Below, piece after piece: positions 1 through 12,965 of a stretch of 64,000 bases of DNA (its first letter is position 1; each line of letters starts with the position of its first letter). Source of the stretch: Octopus sinensis (Eukaryota); assembly GCF_006345805.1 (NCBI RefSeq), contig NC_042997.1:153884001-153948000 (forward strand), read 5' to 3'. Under the pieces are notes generated by a model. It searched no databases, had not been told where the DNA came from, and saw nothing but the letters and a program-made list of their open reading frames with translations. Position numbers and translations under genes: made by a program.

Positions 1-588
1 AGTTTTTTACGGAAATCGACGGAAAGGTCTACTAGAGACGAAAGATTGCCGATGAAAAAAAAAAAACAATGCTTATAGCGTGTTAATGATTTAAAGAGCA
101 TATAATTCATTTATAGAAAGAAAAAAAACTTCACAGATATTTGTTCAAAATTGCAGAACTTATTCCTTCGTTCAAGCAGGGATGTCGTGGACAAAGCATC
201 GCTCGCACCACACTGTCGTCGTAGTTTCTTCTTTGCCAGTATCCATCGGCCATCAAATAGTCTCTGTACTAACTGAACGATGGATAGGATCCATAGTGTT
301 TTACTAAATAGTATACATTGTAAGGATAAATCTTAGCTACAACACTTCGTATATCGTTTGAGGATAAAACAAACCTACAGATGTAACATGATTGGGAACG
401 CATGAAGGGATAAGGCAGTGCACAAAGGGATCTATCGTCTTGTCAGCTTATCCGTTAGACCGAAGGATTTTTGAGAAATAGAGTCTTTCCTTTGATGGAG
501 TCATCTTATTCCAACAGAGCTCCAGACAATAAGGCATCATCCATTTAGGGACTCGAGTGACAACAGGGTATTCACCTTTTAATTAACA

Positions 589-1609
589 CTAGTAGTATAA
601 CCCAGCCTTGCCCGGGATTAAGTTACGATTATTAAGCTAATCAAGTTCTTTATTTCAAATCAAACTAAGTAATATAGACGTCAAATTTGGGCGAAATCCG
701 TTGAAATTAGTTATATTATATATATATAATATAATATAAATATATATGGGCAACAAACACGAACACACATACACCCACGTACGTACGTACACCTATTGCA
801 TATTTTGTGCATGCATACATATTCATAAACAGAAATGAATGGAAAAAATGTTAAATTTGTAGATTAAACCTCGCACAATTTTCACTAAGAAAAAAAATCA
901 TTTTTTTTTTTTTGCATGGAATCAACTACTCTGGCCTCAAAACCCTTTTTGTGGTCCGTGAAACGGAGTGGGGTGTGGTGGAAGCCTCGCAAATTGCATC
1001 CATTTATATTGTGCAATTCACCGACAAATTGTTACTCACCTCTTTGTTTCTTTGTTGTTAAATAAATGGATTGTCAACAAAACACTTTTTTACTCGGCGT
1101 AAAATAAAAACAAAACTCTTTCGCACCCAAAGTAATGTGTGTGTGAGAGAGAGGGGGGAGAAAGATGCACGATTTAAAATAAATGATTTACAATAAATAT
1201 ATTGTAATTGTTGTGTGAGAAAGTATATATACTATGATTATAAAATATAGTGTGCCTTTCAAAAACAAAAAACAAAATATTTTACATTTTATTTTTTATG
1301 AACGTAGTCACTTACTCTCCCTCTCTCACTTTGTCTTTCTCGTGAAACTCTCTGCCTCCTTAATCCACTTTCCTTTATCTAATTTTTTTTGTTAGACGCC
1401 ATCAAAAAGCAATGGCTGGTATTTGTTATGGTTAAAAGCAATGGTTGAAAATAGATTTTTATCCTATCCGCGGGTGCCTCGGGAAAAATATAATGTTGAC
1501 AAATGTCCTCCTAAAATTTGAGCGACATGCGTGCTAATTTGTGGACGTGCATAAATTACAATTACGTACACACACACACGCACACACATCCTCCCTTTTA
1601 TAGATATGA
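589..1609 (-). mobile_element. Non-autonomous Helitron (Helitron-N)
   Basis: Minus strand begins A|TCATATCTATAAAAGGGAGGATGTGTG (1609) and ends with hairpin CCCGGGCAAGGCTGGG followed by CTAG|T (589-592): the A^TC...CTAG^T Helitron signature. Confidence 0.7.
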
Positions 1610-1686
1610 TGTCAACGAATTTCTGTAGTAATGAAAGCTCTGAAAAATCTTAGTTTCATTACTGCAGTACAAATTCTGTGTGTGTA

Positions 1687-1719
<33 letters not shown>

Positions 1720-2654
1720 ATGTGTGTGTCGGGGTCAATTAGAAGCATTATAGACTTCCGTGCAAATTAACGCTCTGCGCCCGATAGTATATATTCGTTG
1801 ACAACAAGCCGCAGAATACGTAGTTCATAAATGGACTCTACATCCATGGAGATCCGGGTAACTACCCAGTGTGCCTACCTACACCTGAAGACGACACTGG
1901 TGTGTGTGTGTGTGTGTGTGTGTGTGTGCACTTCTGTATGTATATAGATAAAGTATGACCGAATGGTTAGGAAGTTCGATTGACAATCACGAGCTCCCGG
2001 GTTCCATCACATTGCGTGGCAGACTCGGCAAGCCTTGAATTGACCCAAAATTTCTGAGTGAAATTGTTTTTATTAAACATGGCAATTTGACTGCTTATTT
2101 TTCAATCCTCTCAATCTCCCTTCCTATGAAAAACGTTGCACTAAAACTCCAAAGTAAGACGTCAACAAATTACGTCCATTCTCTAGTTACTAATAGTCCA
2201 TTCAACAGTGTCTCACTGATACACACTTGATATATATGTATTTATGATACTTGAATAGGATGGAGTCGACTGTCAATGGCAATTAGAAAATACGTACACT
2301 TGCACCGAAAAATAGTTGAAAATTTGTTGAAGAGTACTTATAAAATGTTATACAGGAAAGTTGGCTCTTATAATAAAATACACAACGAAACAATAATGAA
2401 ATAATAATTGTTTATTTTCCTTCTTGTTTTGATGTATTAAATAAAGATTTTTACAGAATTAGATATATTATAATGATGTTATGCAGAAATACTATGATAT
2501 ATAGATATTATATTATAAAAATGTGCTCAAAAGATGTTATATAAATAACGATGTCATGTAAACATCATGTAACGACAATGTTTTGTAATAAAGATGCGAT
2601 GTAATAAAGATGTTATCAAATGAAGCAGTCACGAAATTTATATACTTATTTATT

Positions 2655-2709
<55 letters not shown>

Positions 2710-2750
2710 GTAGTTAGTAGTAGTAGAGTAGTAGTAGTAGTAGTAAGTAG
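2655..2750. repeat. (TTA)n/(GTA)n microsatellite
   Basis: Direct reading; it explains the poly-L/poly-V ORF 2620-3027. Confidence 0.95.
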
Positions 2751-2794
2751 TAAGTATTTAAATGTACACAATATATCTTCAAACACAAACGTGT

Positions 2795-2844
<50 letters not shown>

Positions 2845-2849
<5 letters not shown>

Positions 2850-3699
2850 TAAGGTATGTAGAAAAATACAACATGGACAAGAACGTATAACTCAAGAAGA
2901 CGATACAATAAACACGGACAGGACATTCGAAACCCTCAGTCTTCAGTCAGAACCGGATCATCGTAGTAATTTCGGCAGATTAATCTTGAGATTACTAGAT
3001 CACGTGCCAGCCCTCCAAGAAAACTAAGCAACGAGCATTAGAAAAACTAAGCTGGGAGCGTAGATTTCCTGGAAGAAGGATCGAATGCATACGGACACCA
3101 GGACAGCAAAAGGGACGAATATAAAAAAACAAAAAAATAATGGAATACAGAAACATGAAATACAGAAGCATTAACGGTGAAAACAACAACAAGTCTTACG
3201 ACTGATAACAAGCAAACAAATTTTTTCTCTGGCGCAAGGAAAGGAGCCTTATCGGCGATGCCTATAGCGGCGGACGAAAAACAACGATGTTAACACGACG
3301 CTGGTCAGAAAGCTGAAAGGCAGATTTCGGCGGCCAGCAGTCACGTGACAGAGAAGAGAGAAAAGAAAAGAAAGAGAAGCAACGAAGAGAGAGAGAGAAG
3401 AGAGAGAGAGGAGGGACAAACGCAACAAAGAGAGAGAAGAGAGAGAAAGAAGGAATCAGAGAGGAGAAGGGATGGGTGTCGAAGAGCGACCTGTGAGTGC
3501 AGAGCGAGACAAAGAAATAGAGGGTAGTGGAAATGTGGACCAAAGAATCAGAGGAAAGAGAAGAGAAAAAGAGGATGAGTAGAGAGAGAAGGGAACAGAT
3601 CAAGTAAAAGTGAGAGAGAGAGAGAACAAACAAAGAGTCGTACCAGTTATTAAGAATATGTGCTCACATTATGTTAAGAGGGTACGTGGCGCCTGGATA
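2845..3699. repeat. Copy 1 of a tandem ~855-bp unclassified repeat unit (possibly a Penelope pseudo-LTR)
   Basis: AAGGTATGTAGAAAAATACAACATGG...GAGCGAGACAAAGAAATAG recurs from 3700; includes an AG-rich tract. Confidence 0.6.
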
Positions 3700-6016
3700 T
3701 ATGTTAAGTATGTAGAAAAATACAACATGGACAAGAACGTATAACTCAAGAAGACGATACAATAACACGGACAGGACATTCGAAACCCTCAGTCTTCAGT
3801 CAAGAACCGGATCATCGTAGTAATTTCGGCTGATTAATCTTGAGATTACTAGATCACGGCCAGCCCTCCAAGAAAAACTAAGCAACGAGCATTAGAAAAA
3901 CTAAGCTGGGAGCGTAGATTTCCTGGAAGAAGGATCGAATGCATACGGACACCAGGACAGCAAAAGGGGCGAATATAAAAAAACAAAAAAATAATGGAAT
4001 ACAGAAACATGGGTTAATATAGGGCGTAACAAATATCAGAAAATCAAAAAAAAATGTGTGTAATAGGTGTAAAACAACTTCTATGAACGAATATGAAAAA
4101 AAAAATTCGCGCACGCGAAAGGGGGTGGGGGAGAGGCTCGGAAAATTCACATCGGGAAGTTCCGAAAGCGTCTGAGGAGCTGACCCGGGCACCAAAACAA
4201 AAAAAAAAGTGTAATATGTGTAAAACAACTTGCTCTAAACGAATATGACAAAAAAAAAATGCGCTCTCGCGAAAGAGGGGTGGGGGAGAGGCTTCGGAAT
4301 ATTTATATCGGAATTTCCGAAAGCGTCTGAACCGGGCACAAAAACAAAACAAAAGCGTAATAGTGTAAAACAACTTGCTCTAAACGACTATCATGAAAAA
4401 AATGCGCGCTCGCGAAAGGGGGTGGGGGAGAGGCTTCGGAAATTTCACATCTTCCGTCCACGGCCTTTAAACTAAGAAAAATAGTGTATTTGTTGAAAAC
4501 TACTTGTTCTAAACGAGTATCAAGAACACACACTCACACATGAATCATAAACTCCGTATTTCGCAAAAAAAAAAAAAATAAAGAGAAGAAATTCTGGAAA
4601 AAGTGAAGAAATGTTGGATCTCATTCCTTGGTTTAAAGCTATTTTAAACATTAAATTTATGCTTTTCTTGAAATATTTCAGATATATACAATTCTTCTCA
4701 CTTATTAAGATGCATTTATCAGAAAAAAAGAGACAGAAAAAATTATTATTTTGTGTCAATCCTTCCCTAATTATCCTTTATTAATTAGTTTTGCGTGTAT
4801 TTTTTTCCCAAATTTATTTTTTTCACCTTTACAACACTGTTTAGTAAGCAATTAATTATCTTTATAATTTGCATATTTGACTTATTAATCAAAATTCTCT
4901 AGATGTAATATATACTAAGTAATGCATCCTTCATTTATGTGTTCCGTTCTGTATTATGCATGCGTGACTGTTTGTATGTAAGTGTGTTTAACTGTGCACA
5001 TGAATGTGAATATTAAAGAACATTTATTTACTATGATTGTTATTTTCAGAACAAATAAATCTTTTGGCTGTTATGTTATTGATGTTATTATTATTGCTAG
5101 TTAAAGGGTGGTGACTTGGCTGAATATTTTGAGTCTTGTAGTATGTAGTTGTGTTAGTCAATATTCTGAGTTCAAATCCAACTCATTTCTTTATCATCAT
5201 TATCGATGGACCACTCAAAGAGGTATGTATACATTATCATTTTCGTAACATAATTTCTGTAGTATTTCAAGATGTTTCTGACACGTATTTTGATTCACAT
5301 GGCGGAGATCCAAGATTTCTTCACTTTTCCAAATTTCTTCTCTTTATTTTTTTTTTTTTTTTTGCGAAATACGGAGTTTATGATTCATGTGTGAGTGTGT
5401 GTTCTTGATACTCGTTTAGAACAAGAGTTTTACACCAATTACACTATTTTTTTTAGTTATTTAAAGGCCGTGGACTGAAGATGTGAAATTTCCGAAGCCT
5501 CTCCCCACCCCCTTTTCGCGTGCGCGAATTTTTTTTTTCATATTCGTTCATAGGAAGTTGTTTTACACCTATTACACCTACACCATTTTTTTTTGATTTT
5601 CTGATATTTGTTACGCCCTATATTAACCAAACATGAAATACAGAAGCATTAACGGTGAAACAACAACAAGTGTCTTACGACTGATAACAAGCAAACAAAT
5701 TTTTCTCTGGCGCAAGGAAAGGAGCCTTATCGGCGATGCCTATAGCGGCGGACGAAAACCGATGTTAACACACGCTGGTCAGAAGCTGAAAGGCAGATTT
5801 CGGCAAGCAGTCACGTGACAGAAGAGAGAAAAAGAAAAGAAAGAGAAGCAACCGAAGAGAGAGAGAGAGGAGAGAGAGAGAGGGAGAGAAGAGAGGAGGA
5901 CAAACGCAACAAAGAGAGAGAAGAGAGAGAAAGAAGGAATCAAGAGAGAGAAAGGGATGGGTTTCGAAGAGCGACCTGTGAGTGCAGAGCGAGACAAAGA
6001 AATAGGGAGGGTAGTG
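3700..6016. repeat. Copy 2 of the tandem unit, interrupted by a foldback element
   Basis: 3700-4011 and 5629-6016 match copy 1 apart from small indels. Confidence 0.65.
4012..5628. mobile_element. Foldback-type non-autonomous DNA transposon with long TIRs and 7-bp TSD
   Basis: Ends GGTTAATATAGGGCGTAACAAATATCAG / CTGATATTTGTTACGCCCTATATTAACC. TSD AAACATG at 4005-4011 and 5629-5635; the empty site is visible in copy 1 near 3151. Arms are ~4012-4622 and ~5305-5628. Confidence 0.85.
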
Positions 6017-6059
6017 ACAAACATACATACACATAGATACATAGATACATAGATACATA

Positions 6060-6099
<40 letters not shown>

Positions 6100-6123
6100 T
6101 ATATTATATATATATATTATAAT

Positions 6124-6424
6124 ATCACGTGATCACGTGACCGACCAGTCCATCAGATGTAGTTACACATCGCTGGTCACAATGCGTTCGCATTGTTTTA
6201 AGCCTTCGAATGACGCCACCCCGCTGGCTAAGCGAGCAGGCCAACAGAAGAGTGGGAGAAGAGTGGTGAAAGATTACAGCAGGATCACCACCACCTGTCG
6301 AAGCCTCGTGGAGCTTTTAGGTGTTTTCGCTCAATAAACACTCACAACGCCCGGTCTGGGAAATCGAAACCGCGATACTACGACCGCGAGTCCGCTGCCC
6401 TAACCACTGGTGCCATTGCGCCTC

Positions 6425-6428
<4 letters not shown>
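6124..6428 (-). mobile_element. tRNA-derived SINE, family S3
   Basis: Reverse complement head TGTGGAGGCGCAATGGCACCAGTGGTTAGGGCAGCGGACTCGCGG...GGTTTCGATTTCCC (A/B-box-like); homologous to 42032-42324. Confidence 0.8.
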
Positions 6429-6497
<69 letters not shown>

Positions 6498-6571
6498 CAT
6501 ACATATATGTATTTACCTATCCTCGTGTTCCCTCTCTCTCTGTGTCTATCTATCTATATCTAGCTAACACA

Positions 6572-6628
<57 letters not shown>

Positions 6629-6638
6629 GAGTATATGA

Positions 6639-6710
<72 letters not shown>

Positions 6711-6729
6711 TATATATATATAATATATA

Positions 6730-6763
<34 letters not shown>

Positions 6764-7703
6764 TCCGTGAGAAACAATTAACTGTTCACCGTCAACAAAT
6801 ATGAGATCCCAGACCTTATCAGGTCCCACTGAGTGAACATTTAGGCATACACACCAGATCACTTTTAAGTTATCTCTACAGATATTCTCTAGAATTGATT
6901 AAAAAGTTACGACGTTTAGTATATGAATACGTCAATATAAACAACGCAATTAAATTATTCACCAGAAGCAAATCTTCAACATTCTGAGTTTTCTCAGTTT
7001 ACCTTTGCTTTGACAAAACCACAGATCAAACATGGACAAATGAAGAAAATCTGTTTAGTAAAAAATACAACCCATGATTGAATAAGCGATAACAAGTTAG
7101 TGAAACGATACATTCGTTAACCAATATGGCAGTATATCACCAAGACAGTTTTACACTCTCATGCAGAAACACGTTGACATACAGATACAGAGCGTTATAT
7201 TTCATACTGTCACATGCGTACAAGCAAGCGGTCTATTTCTCTCGTTTTAGCTACTCTGACAATCTGCTATTCAAATTCTCGTATGACGCATTAAAATAGA
7301 TTTGCTTTTGGTGCAATTATCATCCACTCTGTCAAATGACTTGGTACTCAAATACTGTCACTCAAATACTGTCAAATGACATCGTGCTCAAATACTGTTC
7401 ATGCTGACACACGACACAGGCAGTGGACTAACGCAACCTCAAGTTTGAGCGCAATTATCTTTCATATCCTAATATGCAGTCAACACAGGGAGTCAATCCG
7501 ATTCCATGCCTGACCTTGTGACCGTTTTCAATCAGACAAAGTGTATCTTAACTAATGGAAATTTGTATCATTATCTCTCCATGAAAAGAGCGAATTTTCA
7601 AACTCCAATCACAGACAAGATGGATAAAGCATAACTCCAAGTTCCTCCAGTTCACATAACTTTCCACAATTATCAAATTCTGAAACCGGTTAAATTAAAG
7701 TGG

Positions 7704-8123
7704 ATAGGAGTGGCTGTGTGGGAAGTATCTTGCTTACGAAGCACATGGTTCCGGGTTCAGTCCCACTGCGTGGCACCTTGGGCAAGTGTCTTCTGCTATA
7801 GCCTCGGGCCGACCAATGCCTTGTGAGTGGATTTGGTAGGCAGAAACTGAAAGAAGCCCGTCATGTATATGTATATATATATATATATATATATGTGTGT
7901 ATGTTTGTGTGTCTGTATTTGTCCCCCTAGCATTGCTTGACAACCGATGCTGGTGTGTTTACGTCCCCGTCACTTAGCGGTTCGGCAAAAGAGACCGATA
8001 GAATAAGTACTGGGCTTACAAAGAATAAGTCCCGGGGTCGATTTGCTCGACTAAAGGCGGTGCTCCAGCATGGCCGCACTCAAATGACTGAAACAAGTAA
8101 AAGAGTAAAGAGAGTAAGAGTAA
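7704..8123 (+). mobile_element. tRNA-derived SINE, family S4 (internal TA microsatellite, GACTGAAACAAGTAAAAGAGTA tail)
   Basis: Head GGAGTGGCTGTGTGG...GGTTCAGTCCC; homologous to 50655-51112 and 63307-63719. Confidence 0.85.
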
Positions 8124-8419
8124 CTACTTTTCTCTCCATGTCTGTCTCTCTGTCTTGACCTCTCTCTCTCGCTTCAAATGACTGAAACAAGTAAAAGAGT
8201 AAAAGAGTAAAAGAGTATATATACATATATACATATATACATACATACACACACACATATAGACAAACATACATACATACATACATACACAGATACATAC
8301 ATACATACATACATACATACATACATACATACATACCCACAGTCCACACACACACACCAACACACGCACACATGCATGTATATATATATTTATAAGAAAG
8401 TCCCAAACAAAGCAAGAAG

Positions 8420-8890
8420 CCTCTTAAGGAGAAATTTAAACGAAAGGAATGAATTTACTTTAGACTTTAAAGAGTTCACATCGTAAGAAGGAGATAAACA
8501 ATGAGATGGAAGAGAGTTCCAAAACCTGGAAGCTTCAGTGAGGAAAGCTGCATCCTTAGAAAGACTTCCTTATTTGTGGAAGCACAATATCATTCGGATG
8601 AAGACGCTGTGAGTTTCGAATCAGGTGAGATGGTACAAAGTGATCTGGAACTATGAAAAAAATTTCCTCAGAGCACATTCTGTAGCAATAACAATAGAAA
8701 ATACCAAGACTGTCGATGTCACATCGATGTGACAAGAGTTGCAGAGTTGAAACAAGAGAGGGACCAATCAAATTAGATATTCGCTTCTGAACCCGGCCAA
8801 GGAGATCCAAGTGACAAGATGGTGCCCAAATATGACAATAGTGTTCCATACAAAAATGAATTGTGGTTTTGTAAAGATACAAACTGGCTG
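8420..8890 (-). pseudogene. LINE (CR1/L2/Jockey-group) ORF2 C-terminal fragment
   Basis: ORF 8556-8882 MEHYCHIWAP...LGRVQKR...LQLLSHRCDIDSLGIFY, and a downstream frame EASRFWNSLP, match the conserved post-RT C-terminus. Confidence 0.7.
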
Positions 8891-9107
8891 TGGATGTGAG
8901 GAAGTCCTTTCATCTATAGCATGTTCATCTTACGGAAAGCAGCCCTTTCGAGTAATTGTATGTAAGAACCCCGAGAAAGATTAGGTGAAAAAATAAGATC
9001 AAACATTTATGTACTTGTATCCATTTGTGCGTGCGTGTGTGTGTGTGTGTGAGGGGGGTATTTATTATAGTATATGTACATGTGTATATATACATATATA
9101 GTATATG

Positions 9108-9169
<62 letters not shown>

Positions 9170-9171
9170 TA

Positions 9172-9388
9172 ATATATATACACACATTTCAATATGTGAC
9201 CGCGTGTGCATCGTTGCCGATTTTCTTTCTCCGTCTTCCCTTCCTTGGAACTCTCTTTCAACGTTTCGAGCGGAGCTCTTCGTCAGAAACATAGAAAAAG
9301 GAAAGGTCCAAGGAAGGGAAGACGGAGAAAGAAAATCGGCAACGATGCACATGCGGTCACATATTGAAATGTGTGTATATATATATAT
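9172..9388. repeat. Inverted repeat (~80-bp arms) enclosing a hammerhead-like motif; Penelope-like terminus
   Basis: Arms 9172-9249 and 9307-9388 have one mismatch; the spacer reads CTGACGAAGAGCTCCGCTCGAAACGTT on the minus strand (9260-9286). Confidence 0.75.
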
Positions 9389-9390
9389 CT

Positions 9391-9422
<32 letters not shown>

Positions 9423-9423
9423 A

Positions 9424-9766
9424 TAATAATTGAGGGTACTGAGAAGCAGCACCTACACGCTAGAGATAGTCGTCAAAAGAGTCTAAAAACCACTTCAAAT
9501 TACATTACATTCCATTGGCACAAAGCTGAAAGAGAGCAAGTGAATAAAAGAGATTTAGTATAATTTTGAGGTTAATTCTAAATCGTCCCATTTCTGGTTT
9601 AATAATGTAAATTACTCTACCGTCATCAGTAGAATATACCAGGAATACATAAATATAAATATATATACATACCCATACAATGGAATGTAATTTGAAGTGG
9701 TTTTTAGAGACTGTTGACGTCTGTCTCCAGCATGTAGGTGCTCTTTCTCAGTACCCTAAATTATAA
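9424..9766. repeat. Diverged inverted repeat, ~90-bp arms
   Basis: GGGTACTGAGAA...CTAAAAACCACTTCAAATTACATT...CCATTG (9424-9517) versus its reverse complement at 9678-9766. Confidence 0.75.
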
Positions 9767-10167
9767 TTATATCTATATAATTATATATTTATATTAACAT
9801 TTACCTATATGCTTTTTATTACATGCTGGCCACTGATAAGATCATTAATTGATTTTATCCTTAATTATGTATGAATTCACTCCGATCCGAATATTTACTG
9901 CGGTATTATCTTCATGAAATACGCACGTGGATGAGATCAATACTCGGATTTGCCTCGTATATACGTGTGGATATATGTATATATTTGTATGTATACGAAT
10001 GTATTTGAATGGGTATGTATATATACGATCTGGGTTTGAAATGTTTCAGACACAGATCGTGTGTCAATAACCAGCTGGAAAATATGTTTTTCCTGAGTTA
10101 AAAGGTGGTAACATGGTCCTACACAGGAAAGCCACCTTATGTTGGCAAATATTTTTACTATATATAT

Positions 10168-10224
<57 letters not shown>

Positions 10225-10379
10225 TATACATACATCATACATACATACACATACATACATACATACATACATACATACATACATACACACATGCACACAT
10301 ACATATATACATATACACACACATACATACATAATACACACACACACATATATATTTATATGTACGTATGTATGTATGT

Positions 10380-10492
10380 ACGTACGTAGGTAGATAGGTA
10401 GGTAGGTAGATAGGTAGGTAGGTAGATAGGTAGGTAGGTAGGTAGGTAGGTAGGTAGGTAGGTAGGTAGGTAGGTAGGTAGGTAGGTAGGTA
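10380..10492. repeat. (GTAG)n microsatellite within a (TA)/(TACA) compound array
   Basis: Direct reading; it explains the PTYL-repeat ORFs. Confidence 0.95.
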
Positions 10493-10589
10493 TGCATTTA
10501 TGTATGTATGTATTGCCACTTGTTTACTTCAATTAGTAAATGCCGACATGAGATCTCATATGACTAACTAGTAAGTTCAGCTACTGCAG

Positions 10590-10975
10590 ATGTTACACAA
10601 ACAAGTTCAGACAAAAGTGCCTGGTATTGAGGTCAAATCCTGTTCACGAAGTGCTCATTCTCAGATGCAGTGTTCGATTCTCCGTGTTTCAAATGCTTTA
10701 CAACCAGTGAAGATAATTTTCCAAACCTATCGATTTTTCCCTCATTTGCACTTGGTCTTTAACATCCACATCAAGAGCCTTAAGGTTGTTTTTGACGACG
10801 TCCCTACATCAGTTTATTCCCGAGCACTACTGTTAGCTTGTAGATCAATTCACCTTGTTGCGTGGTCGGTCGATTGCAACTAAACCAGCAACTCCATCAA
10901 GCTCGTTTGATGAAGCAGGTCACTTTTGGCATGTCCAGTAAATTCACCGTCATCAATTCGCCGTTTTGTTTTCGT
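10590..10975 (-). pseudogene. Highly degraded RTE-like LINE C-terminal fragment
   Basis: Minus-strand peptide RDVVKNNLKALDVDV resembles the RTE C-terminal motif; it has many stops. Confidence 0.35.
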
Positions 10976-11052
10976 CAATAAAATAGGATATATTTTCTCG
11001 GTAAACTTTCATCACAGATATATATATATATATAATATATATATATATATAT

Positions 11053-11275
11053 AAGGCGGTGTTCCAGCATGGCCGCAGTCATATATATATACACACATTA
11101 TATATATATATATACACACATTTCAATATGTGACCGCATGTGCATCGTTGCCGATTTTCTTTCTCCGTCTTCCCTTCCTTGGACCTTTCCTTTTTCTATG
11201 TTTCTGACGAAGAGCTCCGCTCGAAACGTTGAAAGAGAGTTCCAAGGAAGGGAAGACTGAAACAAGTAAAATATA
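11053..11275 (+). repeat. S4 SINE tail interrupted by an inverted copy of 9233-9390 (hammerhead-like motif at 11204-11230)
   Basis: GGCGGTGTTCCAGCATGGCCGCAGTC | 11081-11257 = reverse complement of 9233-9390 | TGAAACAAGTAAAA. Confidence 0.75.
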
Positions 11276-11464
11276 TATATATATATATATATATGAATAC
11301 TAGACCTTAAAAATAGGCACTGGGGGCGATTTGTCACACTAAAACCTTCAAAGCAGTGCCCCAGCATGGCTGCAGTCCAATGACTGAAACAAATATAAGA
11401 TACAAGACAACATACATACATACATACATACATACATACATACATACATACATACATACATACA

Positions 11465-11497
<33 letters not shown>

Positions 11498-12709
11498 TCT
11501 TTCTTATTCCTTTAATAACAAGTAATAACCAGTTTATCGAAGTTCCTGTTTATCAATTTCAGTGTCCATGTCTTTTGTCTATAAAATATCATTGATTCAG
11601 TTATGACATCAAAAATATATTGTATTATATATATATATAAATATATCGATAATGAAGCAGCTAGATTTTCAGCGTGGGCTTAAAGATTTTCACCAAAGAA
11701 AGTAGCGAATAGATATTATATACTGGATTAACTGTAGTTTAATTGTTGGAACTGATCGCTCAGAAAAAAGTGTCGTCGTCCTTTAGTTGGAAAACTACAG
11801 AATATCAGATGGCGGCTAGTGCAATACCGGCTTACTGGCTAAAATAGAAACACCTACTCTGACTTCGTCATACGGAAAAATCAATAGAATTAATACATCA
11901 TATAATTTCTTATTCATCCACCATAGCCTGTACAGGGAAGATCCTGTTTGTCAATTTCGCTTTCCATTTATTTTATCTATAAATTATCATATTGATTAAG
12001 TGACGACACTAAAAGTTTATTTTAGTACTATTTACACAGAAACGGTCAATATCCTTTCAGATCGTTTGTCTGTTTTTAAATAGAACCTTGTGCAATTTTT
12101 TTTCCAGGCAGTGGAATCATGGTGGGAAAATTCCAGAGAAGCTTGTTCCTGGACTAGCCTAGCTAAGTTTTATATATATATAAAAAATATATATACATAT
12201 ATATAAAATATATATATACATATATATTATATATATATATACATATACATATACATATATATATATACATATACATATACATATACATATACCTATATAT
12301 ATATACATATATATATATATACATATACATTACATATATATATATACATATATTATACATATATATAATATAATATATATATATACATATATACATTATA
12401 TATACATATTATATATGTATAATATATATATATTTTTTATAATTTTATATATATGTTTTTTAATAATTTTTTTTTATATATATATATTATATTTTTTTTT
12501 TTTAGCTCATTTTGTTTGATCGCTCGAAAATTGACCGTTATTTGTAAAGGTGTAGCGTTTATACTAGTCTTGATAGAATTGACATATCGGTTCTATTTCT
12601 AGCAAAAACTGTCCGACAACGGAACGTGAACTCAGAGTAACAGGTTTTGTTGAATTTTCTGCTGCTTTAAATAAAGTATATATTTATATATATATATATA
12701 TATAACACA

Positions 12710-12850
12710 TAAACGATGGGCTTCTTTCAGTTTTGGTCGGCCCGTGGTTATAGTAGAAGACACTTGCGCAAGTGTCACGCAGTGGGACTGAACCCGGAAC
12801 CATGTAGTTGAGAACCAAGTTTATTACCACACAGCCACACTTGCGCCTCT
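12710..12850 (-). mobile_element. S4 SINE head fragment
   Basis: GGGACTGAACCCGGAACCATG...ACCACACAGCCACAC is the reverse complement of the S4 head. Confidence 0.75.
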
Positions 12851-12905
12851 ACCTCTCTCTGTCTCTGTCTGTCTGTCTCTTTCTCTCTCTCTCTCTCTCT
12901 CTCTA

Positions 12906-12965
<60 letters not shown>

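Noticed and set aside
2920-2945. CTGAAGA (minus) and GAAAC (plus) suggesting a hammerhead in the tandem unit
   Set aside because: The two core halves are on opposite strands and no stem II forms.
2620-3027. ORF with poly-L/V and the many YI/TH/CV/PTYL-repeat ORFs across the window
   Set aside because: They are translations of microsatellites, not proteins.
7000-7680. Faint RTE-like coding similarity on the minus strand
   Set aside because: Too degraded to support by eye.
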